From: Spirochaetia bacterium | GTDB taxonomy: Bacteria > Spirochaetota > Spirochaetia > CADAEX01 | Length of the DNA: 64,000 nt | Assembly (NCBI GenBank): GCA_963662265.2 | Contig: CAXXHA010000032.1 | Coordinates: forward strand, 1 to 64,000 | Reading direction: 5' to 3' | Shown: one piece after another, positions 8,909 through 19,116 of the stretch | Layout of the letters: every line of letters begins with the position of its first letter | Position numbering within the stretch: position 1 is the first letter of the stretch | Made by a program: the position numbers and the translations under genes | The notes under the pieces: generated by a model | The model's input: only the letters and a program-made list of their open reading frames with translations | Told to the model about the DNA's origin: nothing | Database searches by the model: none

Positions 8909-10324
8909 TTACATACTGCGGATTCGTTTTCCAGTCCTCCCGGTATACTTGCCTACACTCTTTCCGGCAGTGGAATCATCAGAATTCCTTTTTTTCCCGT
9001 AAGAAGAATTTGATCCCCTTCTTCTCTGTTCCGGTTCAGAATCATTTCTATTAACACGTGAAGATATATTCCTTTTTCTTCTGCCCTGGTCAGAAGCAGA
9101 TATCCTGCCTTTGTTATGAGGAGAAACACTTTTTCTGCTGCCGGGTTTGCTTTTTCCTGTACTTCCCCCGCTTTTTTCAATTTCTGCTTTCAGGCTCTCG
9201 GAAACAAAATCTTCCAGAATTATTTTTTTTATGCTGCTGTTGAGATGCTTTTCAATATTCCTGAACTGATCAAGATCTTCAGAAGATATCAGTGATACAG
9301 CAGTTCCGGCCTCCCCGGCACGGCCTGTCCTTCCTATCCTGTGGATATAATCTTCAGGAACCTGAGGAAGCTGGAAATTAATAACACAGTCAAGCTGGTT
9401 GATATCAATACCGCGGGCAGCTATATCGGTTGCTACAAGAGCCTGTATTTTCCCGGTCTTGAAATTTTTCAGCGCCCGGGTTCTTGCCCCCTGGCTCTTG
9501 TCGCCGTGAATGGAATCAGAGGGAACACCTTTTTTCACAAGCTGAAGAGCAAGGCTCTGTGCCCTTCTCTTTGTTTTTGTAAATATTAAAACCTGATACC
9601 AGCCTTCATCCTTGATCAGGCGGTAAAGAAGTTTCAGTTTCTTGTCATTTTTAACAGGATATGCAGACTGGGTAACAGTTTTTGCCGCCCTGTTGTTCCG
9701 GGAAAGTTCAATTACTTCTGGATTATCAAGCATTCTGTCGGCAAGTTTTTTTATTTCGGAAGGGAAAGTGGCGGAAAACATCATTGTCTGCCTTTCTTTG
9801 GGAATATACCCGAGGATTTTCTTGATATCATTGATAAAGCCCATATCAAGCATACGGTCAGCCTCATCAAGGACAAGCATTTCAATGTTTTTCAGTTTTA
9901 TCACATCCTGATTAATGAGATCCAGGAGCCTTCCCGGGGTTGCTATCACAATATCAGTGCCTCTGTCCAGTTTCTTTATCTGGTTCTGTATATTTACCCC
10001 GCCGTAGACTTCTGTGCTCCTGAGCCTGAGGTATCTACCGTAGCTTTTCACGTTTTCATAGACCTGAAGCGCAAGCTCCCGTGTCGGGACAAGAATGAGC
10101 GCCCTCGGATGTTTTCCGCTGCTTTTCTTGCAGCTCAGCTTATCGAGAAGAGGTATTGAAAACGCAGCTGTCTTTCCTGTACCAGTCTCTGCACCTCCCA
10201 GAAGGTCGCTTCCTGCAAGCAGGGCAGGCACTGCACGGGCCTGTATAGGTGTAGGTGTTTTAAAGCCCTCTTTTTTCAGGGCATCAAGAATTGCGGCATT
10301 TATACCGAATTTTTCGAATGACAT
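8909..10324 (-). CDS. rhlE: DEAD-box RNA helicase, RhlE-like, with basic C-terminal tail
   Basis: PTPIQ, AETGTGKT, PTRELA, TPGRLLD, DEAD, SAT and HRIGRTGRAG motifs. Confidence 0.9.
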   Translation of the reverse strand: MSFEKFGINAAILDALKKEGFKTPTPIQARAVPALLAGSDLLGGAETGTGKTAAFSIPLLDKLSCKKSSGKHPRALILVPTRELALQVYENVKSYGRYLRLRSTEVYGGVNIQNQIKKLDRGTDIVIATPGRLLDLINQDVIKLKNIEMLVLDEADRMLDMGFINDIKKILGYIPKERQTMMFSATFPSEIKKLADRMLDNPEVIELSRNNRAAKTVTQSAYPVKNDKKLKLLYRLIKDEGWYQVLIFTKTKRRAQSLALQLVKKGVPSDSIHGDKSQGARTRALKNFKTGKIQALVATDIAARGIDINQLDCVINFQLPQVPEDYIHRIGRTGRAGEAGTAVSLISSEDLDQFRNIEKHLNSSIKKIILEDFVSESLKAEIEKSGGSTGKSKPGSRKSVSPHNKGRISASDQGRRKRNISSRVNRNDSEPEQRRRGSNSSYGKKRNSDDSTAGKSVGKYTGRTGKRIRSM

Positions 10325-10613
10325 ATATTACTCCATGGCTGTAAAAAACAGCCTGTTATGTGTTTTTTGTTTATTATTTCCTAAAAATATCTTTTTTACA
10401 GCTGATACAGCTTCTACAGTTACAGATGATTTTTTTGAATTTGTTTTTGAGAAATAAAGAACGGAACAGAAGTGACATCCTCCTGTATTCATATGGAAAC
10501 TAACATAATTAAAAACATTAGTACAGAGTTGAATGAATAACAGCAATAAGATTACATGCAGGGACTGTAATCTTTTTCACGAAAGACTTATTTTTAAATA
10601 TCAGGACTTGAAT

Positions 10614-11108
10614 CTACCCGTCCCACCACATTCTGTAGATAAAGCCGTCAAGCACAACACCTGATTCAACCTCAATCAGCTGTGCATTCAGAGTATAAAT
10701 ATCATCTTCCCTGTTTAAGGTACCTGTGAGTATGAGATCTGCGCCCAGATGCTTTCCAATCTGCGATTGTGTTTCTTCATCAACCAGAGATCCCATCTGG
10801 AATTTATATTCTTTCATAATCCTGTCAAGGGCCTGCCGGCTTACAACCTTGTGCCCCAGATGTTCATCACTTACAGCAGAAGCAATCTGAGAAGTAAGTG
10901 AATTGATAAGATAGTCGCTCAATTCAGACTCACTGCCGTTTTCTGTAAAGTAATAAACAGCAAGAGTTCTGTCCTCAAGGCTGTATAATCTGTCAATAAC
11001 ATCCCATGAGAGGTTTTCAACTGCCCTTTCTGAGGAGATTTCAGTTGCACATCCTGATAAAATCAATATAAGAAGTACAGCTGTATATATTAATGTTTTA
11101 TTGCTCAT
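10614..11108 (-). CDS. Lipoprotein, CsgG/FlgO/LpoB-like fold
   Basis: Lipobox LILSG-C; VVSRQALDRIMKE...QIGKHLGADLILTGT pattern typical of this fold. Confidence 0.75.
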   Translation of the reverse strand: MSNKTLIYTAVLLILILSGCATEISSERAVENLSWDVIDRLYSLEDRTLAVYYFTENGSESELSDYLINSLTSQIASAVSDEHLGHKVVSRQALDRIMKEYKFQMGSLVDEETQSQIGKHLGADLILTGTLNREDDIYTLNAQLIEVESGVVLDGFIYRMWWDG

Positions 11109-11222
11109 ATATAGCCTCCTGAATGTTTCAGATAACCTTTCACAAAAAAGTATAATTCATCAGACAGACGTTTTTCAGAAAAATAACCGGAAAAGGATTA
11201 TAATACTGTTATGAGGATTTTC

Positions 11223-12164
11223 ATGAATATACAGAAAACATATAAATTAAGGTTTCTGATAATATTATTATCCGTTTTATTCGTGACTGTATCATCATTA
11301 CATGCGCAGAAGATGTCTGAAATAAAGAATTTCACATATATTCTTCAGGCAGACAGCTTTGTAAAAAACAGGGAAAAAGCTGTTACAGAGCTTGCAGAAA
11401 CAAAAAGAGATCTCCTCATTCTTGACTACTCCTACTCGGGATATGATGAAGACAGGTGGAAAAGGAATGAAATTCTTGAAATAAAAAACAGCAGGAAAGG
11501 GCGGAAAATCATTTCATACATATCAATAGGTGAAGCTGAAGATTACAGGTATTACTGGGATAAAAAAGCTGCCTACCTGGAAAAAGAAAACCCTGAATGG
11601 GAGGGTAACTACAAGGTTTTCTTCTGGAACAGAGAATGGCAGAAAATTATTCTGGATTATATTGAAATAATCATTAACCAGGGTTTTGACGGGATATATC
11701 TCGATATAGTGGATGCATACCAGTATTTCGAATATGACAGGAAAACAGGCGAATGGATAAAAGACAGGATAAACCCGGAGACAGGAAACAGCTACCGGAA
11801 AGACATGATAGAATGGGTTACAGTAATATCAGAGTTCTGCAGAAAAAAATCTAAAGACTTCATTATTGTACCCCAGAACGGTTCTGAACTCCTTAATTAC
11901 CCGGAGTATACAGGAGTTATTGACGCAATCGGGATAGAAGACCTTTATACTGACGGGAACAGGAAACAGGACACCGAACATACTGAAAAAATACAGAAAA
12001 ACCTGGATAACCTGAAAGGAAAAAACAAACCTGTCTTTGTAACAGAATATGCAAGCAGAAAAAAATACACAGACTATGCTGCAGAAAAGAATAAGGAAAA
12101 CAGTTTCATTCTCCTTTTCACAGGCAGAGCCCTTGATAAAGCAGGAAGCAATACCCGGAACTGA
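11223..12164 (+). CDS. Secreted glycoside hydrolase, MJ1477/TM1410 family (GH114/GH166-like alpha-1,4-galactosaminidase)
   Basis: Signal peptide; SYISIGEAEDYRYYW, ENPEWEGNY, GFDGIYLDIVDAY, VPQNG and IGIEDL motifs. Confidence 0.82.
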   Translation: MNIQKTYKLRFLIILLSVLFVTVSSLHAQKMSEIKNFTYILQADSFVKNREKAVTELAETKRDLLILDYSYSGYDEDRWKRNEILEIKNSRKGRKIISYISIGEAEDYRYYWDKKAAYLEKENPEWEGNYKVFFWNREWQKIILDYIEIIINQGFDGIYLDIVDAYQYFEYDRKTGEWIKDRINPETGNSYRKDMIEWVTVISEFCRKKSKDFIIVPQNGSELLNYPEYTGVIDAIGIEDLYTDGNRKQDTEHTEKIQKNLDNLKGKNKPVFVTEYASRKKYTDYAAEKNKENSFILLFTGRALDKAGSNTRN

Positions 12165-12169
12165 AGCTG

Positions 12170-12607
12170 TCAGTTATAATCAAGACGTGTTTTTTCATCT
12201 GCAAAGAGATCTTTAAGCCTTTCCCTTGAAGCCTCGCTTTTCCAGGTGCCCAGGGCAGAATGTGTTTCATAATAACTTTCAGGAACAGGATGGGTACCGA
12301 GAACAACATCAATTCCGTACTTTTCAGGTATAAACTTCATAAAATCATTTATTCGGGGACAGGGGGGATAACCGACAACAAGGCCTGTTGCAAGATGAAT
12401 AACCTCAGCCCCGTTCTTTTTCATTTCTGCCGGGGCATATTCAATATTTCCGCCTGGGCAGCCTCCGCAGGTTGTGTAACCGACAAGTTCAACTTCCTCA
12501 TCCCTGTAAACAGAAAATCCCCCTTCCCTTTTTTTCAGAGAACGGAAGCATTTGCCACCTGCACAGCTGTGATACCGGTCACAGATAATTATTCCTATTT
12601 TCTTCAT
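12170..12607 (-). CDS. CGGC domain protein (putative metal-binding/redox)
   Basis: IIICDRYHSCAGGKC, TTCGGCPG, GYPPCP and GTH motifs. Confidence 0.9.
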   Translation of the reverse strand: MKKIGIIICDRYHSCAGGKCFRSLKKREGGFSVYRDEEVELVGYTTCGGCPGGNIEYAPAEMKKNGAEVIHLATGLVVGYPPCPRINDFMKFIPEKYGIDVVLGTHPVPESYYETHSALGTWKSEASRERLKDLFADEKTRLDYN

Positions 12608-12919
12608 GAGAAACTCCTTTGACTTCAGTTTTTCAGCAGCAAAAGCATTATAATAATAAACTTTTGTTCATTATAACCTTTTTTCTCTATCATGCAAATT
12701 ACAAATATGAAATCAAGGCAGTTTTATCTTTAATTCAGAAGGGTACCTTTTATACATACAAGAAAGGTGCAATGTTTGAACTGAAAACCGGAAAGACAGC
12801 TGGATTCTTCAAAAAGCGGAATAACACTACTTATTTAAATAAAAAAATACCTATTTCCCCCTTGATTTTTTCCTATATAGTATTTATTATATATATGATT
12901 ATCAACACAGGAGATGATT

Positions 12920-14938
12920 ATGGAAAAATTACTGATAATTGGCGGGGTTGCTGTGGGTGCAACAGCTGCAGCCAGGGCCAGGCGTTTAAATAACAATATT
13001 GAAATAACTATACTTGAATCAGGACCGGATGTTTCATTTGCAAACTGCGGACTGCCTTATTATATAGGCGGAGATATAAAAAGCAGAAGCAAACTGATCC
13101 TTCAAAGCCCTGAAAGCTTCAGGGAGCAGTATAATGTAAATGTCCACACTATGACTGAAGCATTTGAAATTGACAGAGAGTCTAAAACGGTAAAAGCATT
13201 TAACAGAAAAACCGGGAAAAATATAAATTACAGTTATGACAGACTGATTCTGGCCCAGGGAGGAAAGCCTTTTATTCCGGGACTAGAAGGTGCTGATAAT
13301 TCAAATGTCTTTTCACTATGGACACTCGAGGATATGGACAGGATTGACAGCTATATAAAGGAAAATAATCCGGAAACAGCCGTTGTTGTCGGCGGAGGAT
13401 TTATAGGGCTTGAAATGGTTGAAGCACTCAGGAAGCGGGGTCTTGAAGTCAGCAATGTGGAGCTTGCAGACCATGTAATGCCTATGCTTGAAGGGGAGAT
13501 CGCAGGATTTCTTCAGCAGGAACTGAAAGACTTTGGTGTCAACCTGTATACAGGGCGTTCTGTAACAGCTATAAGGAAAAATTCTGTGCTGCTTGATGAC
13601 GGAAATGAAGTCGACGCAGATATGGTGCTCATGTCTGTGGGGGTAAGGCCCACCTTAAGACTTGCAGAAGCTGCAGGCCTTGAAATAGGGGAATCAGGAG
13701 GTCTTCTTGTCGATAAATATCTTCAGACTTCGGACAGCAGCATATTTGCAGGCGGAGACATGGCTGAAACTACTCACAGGATTCTGGGCAGGAAGGTGAG
13801 AATACCTCTTGCAGGACCTGCAAACAGGCAGGGAAGGATAGCTGCTACAAATGCACTTGCAGAAAGGGAAGAAGATAAAATTGCATACAACGGGGCCCAG
13901 GGGACATCTATAGTACGGGCATTTGAAGCTGCTGCAGGTATTACAGGTATAAGTCTTAAACAGGCACTAAATGCGGGGCTTGATGTTCAGTCAATAACAG
14001 TTCACAAGGAGAACCATGTAACATACTACCCGGGAGCAGAAATGGTTACTGTTCACCTTGTATATGACAGGAAATCGGGGAAAATTCTCGGAGCACAGAC
14101 AGCTGGTTTCAACGGTTCAGACAAACGGCTTGATGTACTGTCTACAGCAATAGCTGCCGGCATGACTGTTGAAGATATCGGGGAACTTGACCTCTCATAC
14201 TCTCCCCCATTCGGATCTGCAAACGATCCAGTAAATATGGCAGGGTTTGCCGCATCAAACAGGATAGCAGGGTACAGCCCGGCTATTACAGTATCTGAGC
14301 TTGAAGATTACTTGAAAGACAGGAAAACAGCTGTAATTGATATAAGGGATTATTTCTCATTCAACAACAGACACCTTGAAGGTGCTTCAAACATACCGGA
14401 AGACAGGGTATCTGAAGCTGTTAAAAATCTTCCAGACAGTGCATACCTTCTGGTTATTGATGAAACAGGAAAGACTGCACACAGGGTTGTCAGAAAACTT
14501 CTTATGGAAGGATATGAAAACGCGTTTTATGTGAGCGGAGGATATATAAGCCTCGAGAGATATGCAGCTGTTTCCGGTTTCAGTTTCCTGCCTGTGCCGG
14601 AGAAAAAAATCGAAGCAAAAAGTCTTTCAGAAGAGGACAGCAGGCATGAGGAAAAAGGAAATGACAGCACAAGGGAAAACCTTAAAAGCAGCGGCAAGAT
14701 TCTTATAGATGTCAGAACAGTAGAAGAATATGAGATGGGAGCACATCCTGAAGCTGTAAATATTCCGCTGGATGATCTTGAACAAAGTATTGAGCAGCTG
14801 GGTGATAAAAACAGGGAGATTATACTGTACTGCGCATCAGGCGCACGAAGCGCATACGGGAAGAGAATACTTGATAATCTGGGCTTTACAAATGTAAAGA
14901 ACGGAGGAGGATTGATGCAGATAATGGCCGGCATATAA
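12920..14938 (+). CDS. CoA-disulfide/persulfide reductase family flavoprotein with two C-terminal rhodanese domains
   Basis: GGVAVGA, SFANCGLPY redox Cys, GGGFIGLE, LAGPANRQG, YSPPF; rhodanese domains IDIRD... and IDVRTVEEY...YCASGARS; AGGAG RBS before ATG 12920. Confidence 0.9.
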   Translation: MEKLLIIGGVAVGATAAARARRLNNNIEITILESGPDVSFANCGLPYYIGGDIKSRSKLILQSPESFREQYNVNVHTMTEAFEIDRESKTVKAFNRKTGKNINYSYDRLILAQGGKPFIPGLEGADNSNVFSLWTLEDMDRIDSYIKENNPETAVVVGGGFIGLEMVEALRKRGLEVSNVELADHVMPMLEGEIAGFLQQELKDFGVNLYTGRSVTAIRKNSVLLDDGNEVDADMVLMSVGVRPTLRLAEAAGLEIGESGGLLVDKYLQTSDSSIFAGGDMAETTHRILGRKVRIPLAGPANRQGRIAATNALAEREEDKIAYNGAQGTSIVRAFEAAAGITGISLKQALNAGLDVQSITVHKENHVTYYPGAEMVTVHLVYDRKSGKILGAQTAGFNGSDKRLDVLSTAIAAGMTVEDIGELDLSYSPPFGSANDPVNMAGFAASNRIAGYSPAITVSELEDYLKDRKTAVIDIRDYFSFNNRHLEGASNIPEDRVSEAVKNLPDSAYLLVIDETGKTAHRVVRKLLMEGYENAFYVSGGYISLERYAAVSGFSFLPVPEKKIEAKSLSEEDSRHEEKGNDSTRENLKSSGKILIDVRTVEEYEMGAHPEAVNIPLDDLEQSIEQLGDKNREIILYCASGARSAYGKRILDNLGFTNVKNGGGLMQIMAGI

Positions 14939-15030
14939 AGACCAGCCGGCCCAGATCCCCCCCCTTGCAGCAGGCTGCAAATTACAAGCTGCCGAAAGGT
15001 ATCAGATCCGCACTGCGGATAAACATCTGA

Positions 15031-15064
15031 AACAGGTCTGAGATTCATATCAGGCCTGTTTTTT
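15031..15064 (+). terminator. Rho-independent terminator after the CoA-disulfide reductase
   Basis: aacaggtctga/tcaggcctgtt stem followed by a T-run. Confidence 0.7.
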
Positions 15065-15316
15065 ATATGAAAGCCAGCAGTATATGCAAAGACCCTTTAA
15101 GCAGATCCTCCAGGTTTTAAATCTTTTTCTTCATCATCAAAACAGATGATGTCTTGAGGAAGAGCAGATAAGGTTGCAACCCCGAAAAAATGTATTTAGT
15201 ATTACAGAATCAGTAATTTGTATAACAGGATTCCCTCTCCTGCATGTTAATAATAATATGTACCATTCAGAGAAGACTAAACAGAATAACTTTAGAATAA
15301 TAACAGGGGATTTTTT

Positions 15317-16399
15317 ATGAGTAATTACAAAAGCACAGATGTTTATTTTACAAGGATCAACAGCAAAACAACTGCAGAAGAAATACAGAGTATTTCAAGA
15401 AATCTTCTTGAAAATTACATCAGTGATAAAAACATCACGCTTGAAAAGAAAGTCCCGCTCAAAGTCCATTTCGGTGAAAAAGGGAATCATTCATATGTGA
15501 AGCAGGAAAATTATGAAGGGATTATAGATTATCTTGAAGAAAACAGCATAGAAACCTGCTATATGGAAACTTCTGTAATGTACGGCGGTCAGCGGCATAA
15601 CCGCATGCTTCACATGAAAACAGCAGAGGAACATGGATTTAACAGAGTACCTGTGGTTATTGCAGACGGCGATCACGGGGAAAGCTTTAAAGAGATTGAA
15701 ATAAACAGGAAGCATTATAAAAGCTGCAAAATAGGTAAAGAACTTACAGGATATGACCAGATAATCGTACTTTCCCATTTTAAGGGGCATATGCTTGCAG
15801 GATTCGGAGGAGCTATAAAGCAGCTTTCGATGGGATATGCTTCCAAGGGGGGCAAGCTTGCAATGCATATGGGAATAAAACCCCACATAATCAACAGGAA
15901 ATGCAGGAATTGCAACCTCTGCAAAACTAGATGCAATGAAGATGCAATAACAATCGGGAAAAAATCATTCATAGACCATGACAAATGTGTCGGATGCGGA
16001 GCATGTGTTTCAATATGTCCTCACAAGGCAGTTTCAATAATATCTGTCAGGGGGATTACCAGGATGTTCGGAAGAGGCAGGGATTTCAGGGAAAAGCTTG
16101 CAGAATATGCATATGCATCCGATAAGGAAAGACGAAACATTTATATCAACTTTGTAATGAATATTACTGCAGGCTGCGACTGTGAGCCGAGGAAGATGAA
16201 GCCTCTCATGGATGATATAGGAATTTTCATCTCTACAGATCCTGTAGCAGTTGATAAGGCCTGTTATGATATAATCAAAGAGAACGGGAAAAAATTCAGG
16301 GGGAATGATGTGTTTCCCTACGCGGAAAAAACCGGCCTTGGATCAACAGATTACATTCTCACAGAAATAAAGGAAGAGGACAAAGTACTGCAGAAATAA
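15317..16399 (+). CDS. DUF362 domain Fe-S protein with 2x[4Fe-4S] ferredoxin insert
   Basis: KVHFGEKGN, SHFKGH..AGFGGAIKQLSMG, CRNCNLCKTRC, CVGCGACVSICP, CDC and STDPVAVD motifs. Confidence 0.88.
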   Translation: MSNYKSTDVYFTRINSKTTAEEIQSISRNLLENYISDKNITLEKKVPLKVHFGEKGNHSYVKQENYEGIIDYLEENSIETCYMETSVMYGGQRHNRMLHMKTAEEHGFNRVPVVIADGDHGESFKEIEINRKHYKSCKIGKELTGYDQIIVLSHFKGHMLAGFGGAIKQLSMGYASKGGKLAMHMGIKPHIINRKCRNCNLCKTRCNEDAITIGKKSFIDHDKCVGCGACVSICPHKAVSIISVRGITRMFGRGRDFREKLAEYAYASDKERRNIYINFVMNITAGCDCEPRKMKPLMDDIGIFISTDPVAVDKACYDIIKENGKKFRGNDVFPYAEKTGLGSTDYILTEIKEEDKVLQK

Positions 16400-16514
16400 A
16401 GTCTTTTTTCCAGCCTGAAAAGAAATTATCAAGAATGCAGCAGGGAATTATGACTTAACCTTAATTAGAATTATACAGCTGAAAACTGTAATCTTTATAA
16501 AAAAAGGGATTGGT

Positions 16515-17426
16515 GTGGATAATATAATAAAACTGGAAACAATATCACAGCTCCATGAAGGAATCGGATATGAAAAACCGAATCATCCGCTTGTATCTGT
16601 TATTGATCTCTCAAAAATCAGACCAGATGCTTTGCCTGGAAATACAAAAATACTGCAGGAACTCTATTCAGTTACACTCAAGGAAGTCAAATGCGGAACT
16701 CTGAGATACGGAAGGAAGAAACTGGATTTCCAGGAAGGTACTCTGCTCTGTGTATCTCCTGACCAGGTACTAACTATAGAACAGGAACCAAAAGAAAACA
16801 GTCATGATAATCATAAGGGGTGGGCACTCTATTTTCATCCAGATCTCATCAGGAGGAGCAGCCTTGGCAGAAAAATACATGAATATACTTTTTTTTCATA
16901 TGATACAGAGGAGGCTCTGCATCTTTCAGACAAAGAGAGAGAAATACTTATTTATATTTTCCAGAAAATAGATCAGGAAATAAACTCCAACATAGACAGC
17001 TTTACACAGGATCTGATTATTTCAAATATTGAACTGCTCTTGAATTACTGCAAGAGGTTTTACAGCAGACAGTTTATAACACGGAACAGGATGAATCATG
17101 ACATTGCAGTAAAATTCGAATATTTTATCAAGGAATACATAAATTCCGGAAGACTTGAAACTGAAGGAATACCGTCAGTAAAATACTGCGGAGAAGAAAT
17201 GGCTCTTTCTCCCAACTATCTGAGCGATCTCCTGAAAAAGGAAACAGGAAAAAATACACAGGAACATATCCATTACCATGTCATGGAAAAGGCAAAAACA
17301 CTTCTCTTGAGTTCAGATAAATCTGTAAGTGAAATTGCATATGAACTCGGATTCGAGTATCCCCAGTATTTTTCAAAGCTGTTTAAGGCAAGGGCCGGAA
17401 TAACACCTGGAAACTACAGGAAGTAG
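16515..17426 (+). CDS. AraC family transcriptional regulator
   Basis: C-terminal double HTH: SPNYLSDLLKKETG...SVSEIAYELGFEYPQYFSKLFK; GTG start. Confidence 0.92.
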   Translation: MDNIIKLETISQLHEGIGYEKPNHPLVSVIDLSKIRPDALPGNTKILQELYSVTLKEVKCGTLRYGRKKLDFQEGTLLCVSPDQVLTIEQEPKENSHDNHKGWALYFHPDLIRRSSLGRKIHEYTFFSYDTEEALHLSDKEREILIYIFQKIDQEINSNIDSFTQDLIISNIELLLNYCKRFYSRQFITRNRMNHDIAVKFEYFIKEYINSGRLETEGIPSVKYCGEEMALSPNYLSDLLKKETGKNTQEHIHYHVMEKAKTLLLSSDKSVSEIAYELGFEYPQYFSKLFKARAGITPGNYRK

Positions 17427-17460
17427 CCTTAAGCTGTCTTCCATACAACCTAAAACATCC

Positions 17461-17495
17461 CCGGATATTTTTATAAAAAAATATCCGGCCTTTTT
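17461..17495. terminator. Hairpin between convergent AraC and ppiC genes (likely bidirectional terminator)
   Basis: ccggatattttt/aaaaatatccgg inverted repeat followed by ccttttt. Confidence 0.6.
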
Positions 17496-17545
17496 GAGCC
17501 GGATTATTCACAGAATCATGATACTAATGGTAAGTTTTTATATTG

Positions 17546-17821
17546 TTACCGCTTGCCGGTGCATTTAATAACATGGTAGCCGAACTGAGTCCTTACAACA
17601 TCGCTGATGCTGCCTGCCCCGAGATTTCTCACAGCTCTTTCAAATTCAGGAACCATCTTCCCTTCTCCGAACCACCCGAGGTCTCCCCCGCTTGATTTAC
17701 TGGGACATGTAGAATACTCCCTTGCAAGTGCTTCGAAACTAGCTCCCTGCTTTGCCTTCTGTACAAGATTTCTTGCAAGACTTTCATCTTTGACAAGAAT
17801 GTGGCTTGCTCTCCATTCCAT
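17546..17821 (-). CDS. ppiC: Parvulin-type peptidyl-prolyl isomerase (single domain, PpiC-like)
   Basis: ASHILVK, FEALAREYSTCPS..GGDLGWF..GKMVPEFE, TQFGYHVI. Confidence 0.92.
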   Translation of the reverse strand: MEWRASHILVKDESLARNLVQKAKQGASFEALAREYSTCPSKSSGGDLGWFGEGKMVPEFERAVRNLGAGSISDVVRTQFGYHVIKCTGKR

Positions 17822-17935
17822 ATTGCAACTCCTGATAAGTTAGTCAGATAATAGTAAAATTACTGAAAATATTATCATTTCATATAAATAAATAAAAGAG
17901 AGTATAGGCAGATCATGGATAATTTCACTCCCAAT

Positions 17936-17972
17936 AAAAAAGCTGCTCAAGATAATCACCTCAGGCAGCTTT
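17936..17972 (-). terminator. Rho-independent terminator after the Gfo/Idh/MocA gene
   Basis: aaagctgc/gcagcttt stem with an A-run on + (U-run on -). Confidence 0.55.
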
Positions 17973-18041
17973 CCTTTATTTTCAACCGGATTTTTCTGTT
18001 TGTTTCTTATAATTCAGTTTCCGATTACTTCAGAGACAGGA

Positions 18042-19055
18042 CTAAAGTTTTACTATTTTACCTTCCCTGAAAGCTTCTGTTGCAGCAAAAGCAACTTCTG
18101 TGTTTTTAGTGCCGTCATATACAGTAATACCCGGTTTTCTGTTCTCAATTATGCAGTCGATAAATTCCTGCATCTCAAGCCTGTATGCTTCTGAAAATCT
18201 CTCCTGGAAGTTCTGAGAACATTCCCTTACTACGCCTGTGTTGTCGAAAATTGCACACATATTCTTAACAGGTTCTGCAGCAATTCTCAGTGTTCCCCTG
18301 GTACCGGTAATTTCTGTTTCAACCTGGTAACCGTGCTGGGCAATTCTTCCGCTGTGAAGCATTGCCATAGATTTGTCCTTGAATTTCATTAGAGCACAAG
18401 TGTTGTCTCCATCATCATATGCATCGAATTCCTTGTATGCGTAGCTTCCGCCTATCGCATATACCTCTTCAACCTCTGATTCGAGAAACCATCTTGCAAG
18501 ATCTATATCATGAACAGCCATATCAATGAAAAGCCCCCCGCTTGTCGCACCGAACCTTATAGCACCTTCAATTGTATGCTCAGGGTCACAGCTTGTGCTT
18601 TTAACAAGAAAAGGTTTTCCGATTTTTCCCTGTTCAATAAGTTTCTTGGCATATGCATATGAAGGATCATATCTTCTCATGAAACCGAGAAAAAACACTT
18701 TTTCAGGGTTTCTTTCAACAGCTTTTTCTGCTTCTTTGCATTCATCTATATTAACACCAAGAGGCTTATCAGTAAAAACATGGAGTTTCTTATCAAGAGC
18801 AGCAACAATATGTTCAACATGAAGAGGTGATGGGGAGAGAACTGCAACAGCATCAAGCTCCTCATTGTTTATCATCTCTGTATAATCTGTATAACCGTAT
18901 TTAATCCCCCACTCTTTCTGCACCTTGTCAACTTCACCCTGTTCCGCACTGCATACAGCAATAAGTTCTGCATTGGGTATTCTGAATGCAAGATTACCAG
19001 CATGAACAATTCCGAGCCTTCCGAGACCTACTATTCCAACCTTGATTTTTTCCAT
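18042..19055 (-). CDS. Gfo/Idh/MocA oxidoreductase, inositol 2-dehydrogenase-like
   Basis: GLGRLG, DKPL, GFMRRYDPSY, SGGLFIDMAVHDID and HGYQVETE motifs. Confidence 0.88.
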   Translation of the reverse strand: MEKIKVGIVGLGRLGIVHAGNLAFRIPNAELIAVCSAEQGEVDKVQKEWGIKYGYTDYTEMINNEELDAVAVLSPSPLHVEHIVAALDKKLHVFTDKPLGVNIDECKEAEKAVERNPEKVFFLGFMRRYDPSYAYAKKLIEQGKIGKPFLVKSTSCDPEHTIEGAIRFGATSGGLFIDMAVHDIDLARWFLESEVEEVYAIGGSYAYKEFDAYDDGDNTCALMKFKDKSMAMLHSGRIAQHGYQVETEITGTRGTLRIAAEPVKNMCAIFDNTGVVRECSQNFQERFSEAYRLEMQEFIDCIIENRKPGITVYDGTKNTEVAFAATEAFREGKIVKL

Positions 19056-19105
19056 GTCTTTTCCTCCACTGAAAGTCAGTTAATTATTTTCAATCAAATA
19101 TATAC

Positions 19106-19116
19106 GCAAACGTTTG
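19106..19116. promoter_or_regulatory. LacI-family operator (proximal)
   Basis: GCAAACGTTTG contains the palindrome CAAACGTTTG with a central CG, typical of LacI/GalR operators; it lies between the LacI gene and the dehydrogenase. Confidence 0.7.

Noticed and set aside
12619-12993. 124-aa plus-strand ORF
   Set aside because: It spans an AT-rich divergent promoter region, overlaps the reductase start out of frame and has no motifs.
14527-15048. 173-aa minus-strand ORF, and the many similar antisense ORFs in the track
   Set aside because: These are shadow frames of well-supported genes on the opposite strand.
16515-17426. AraC regulator with no adjacent oxidoreductase target
   Set aside because: Orphan regulators are common and nothing in the sequence identifies a target.
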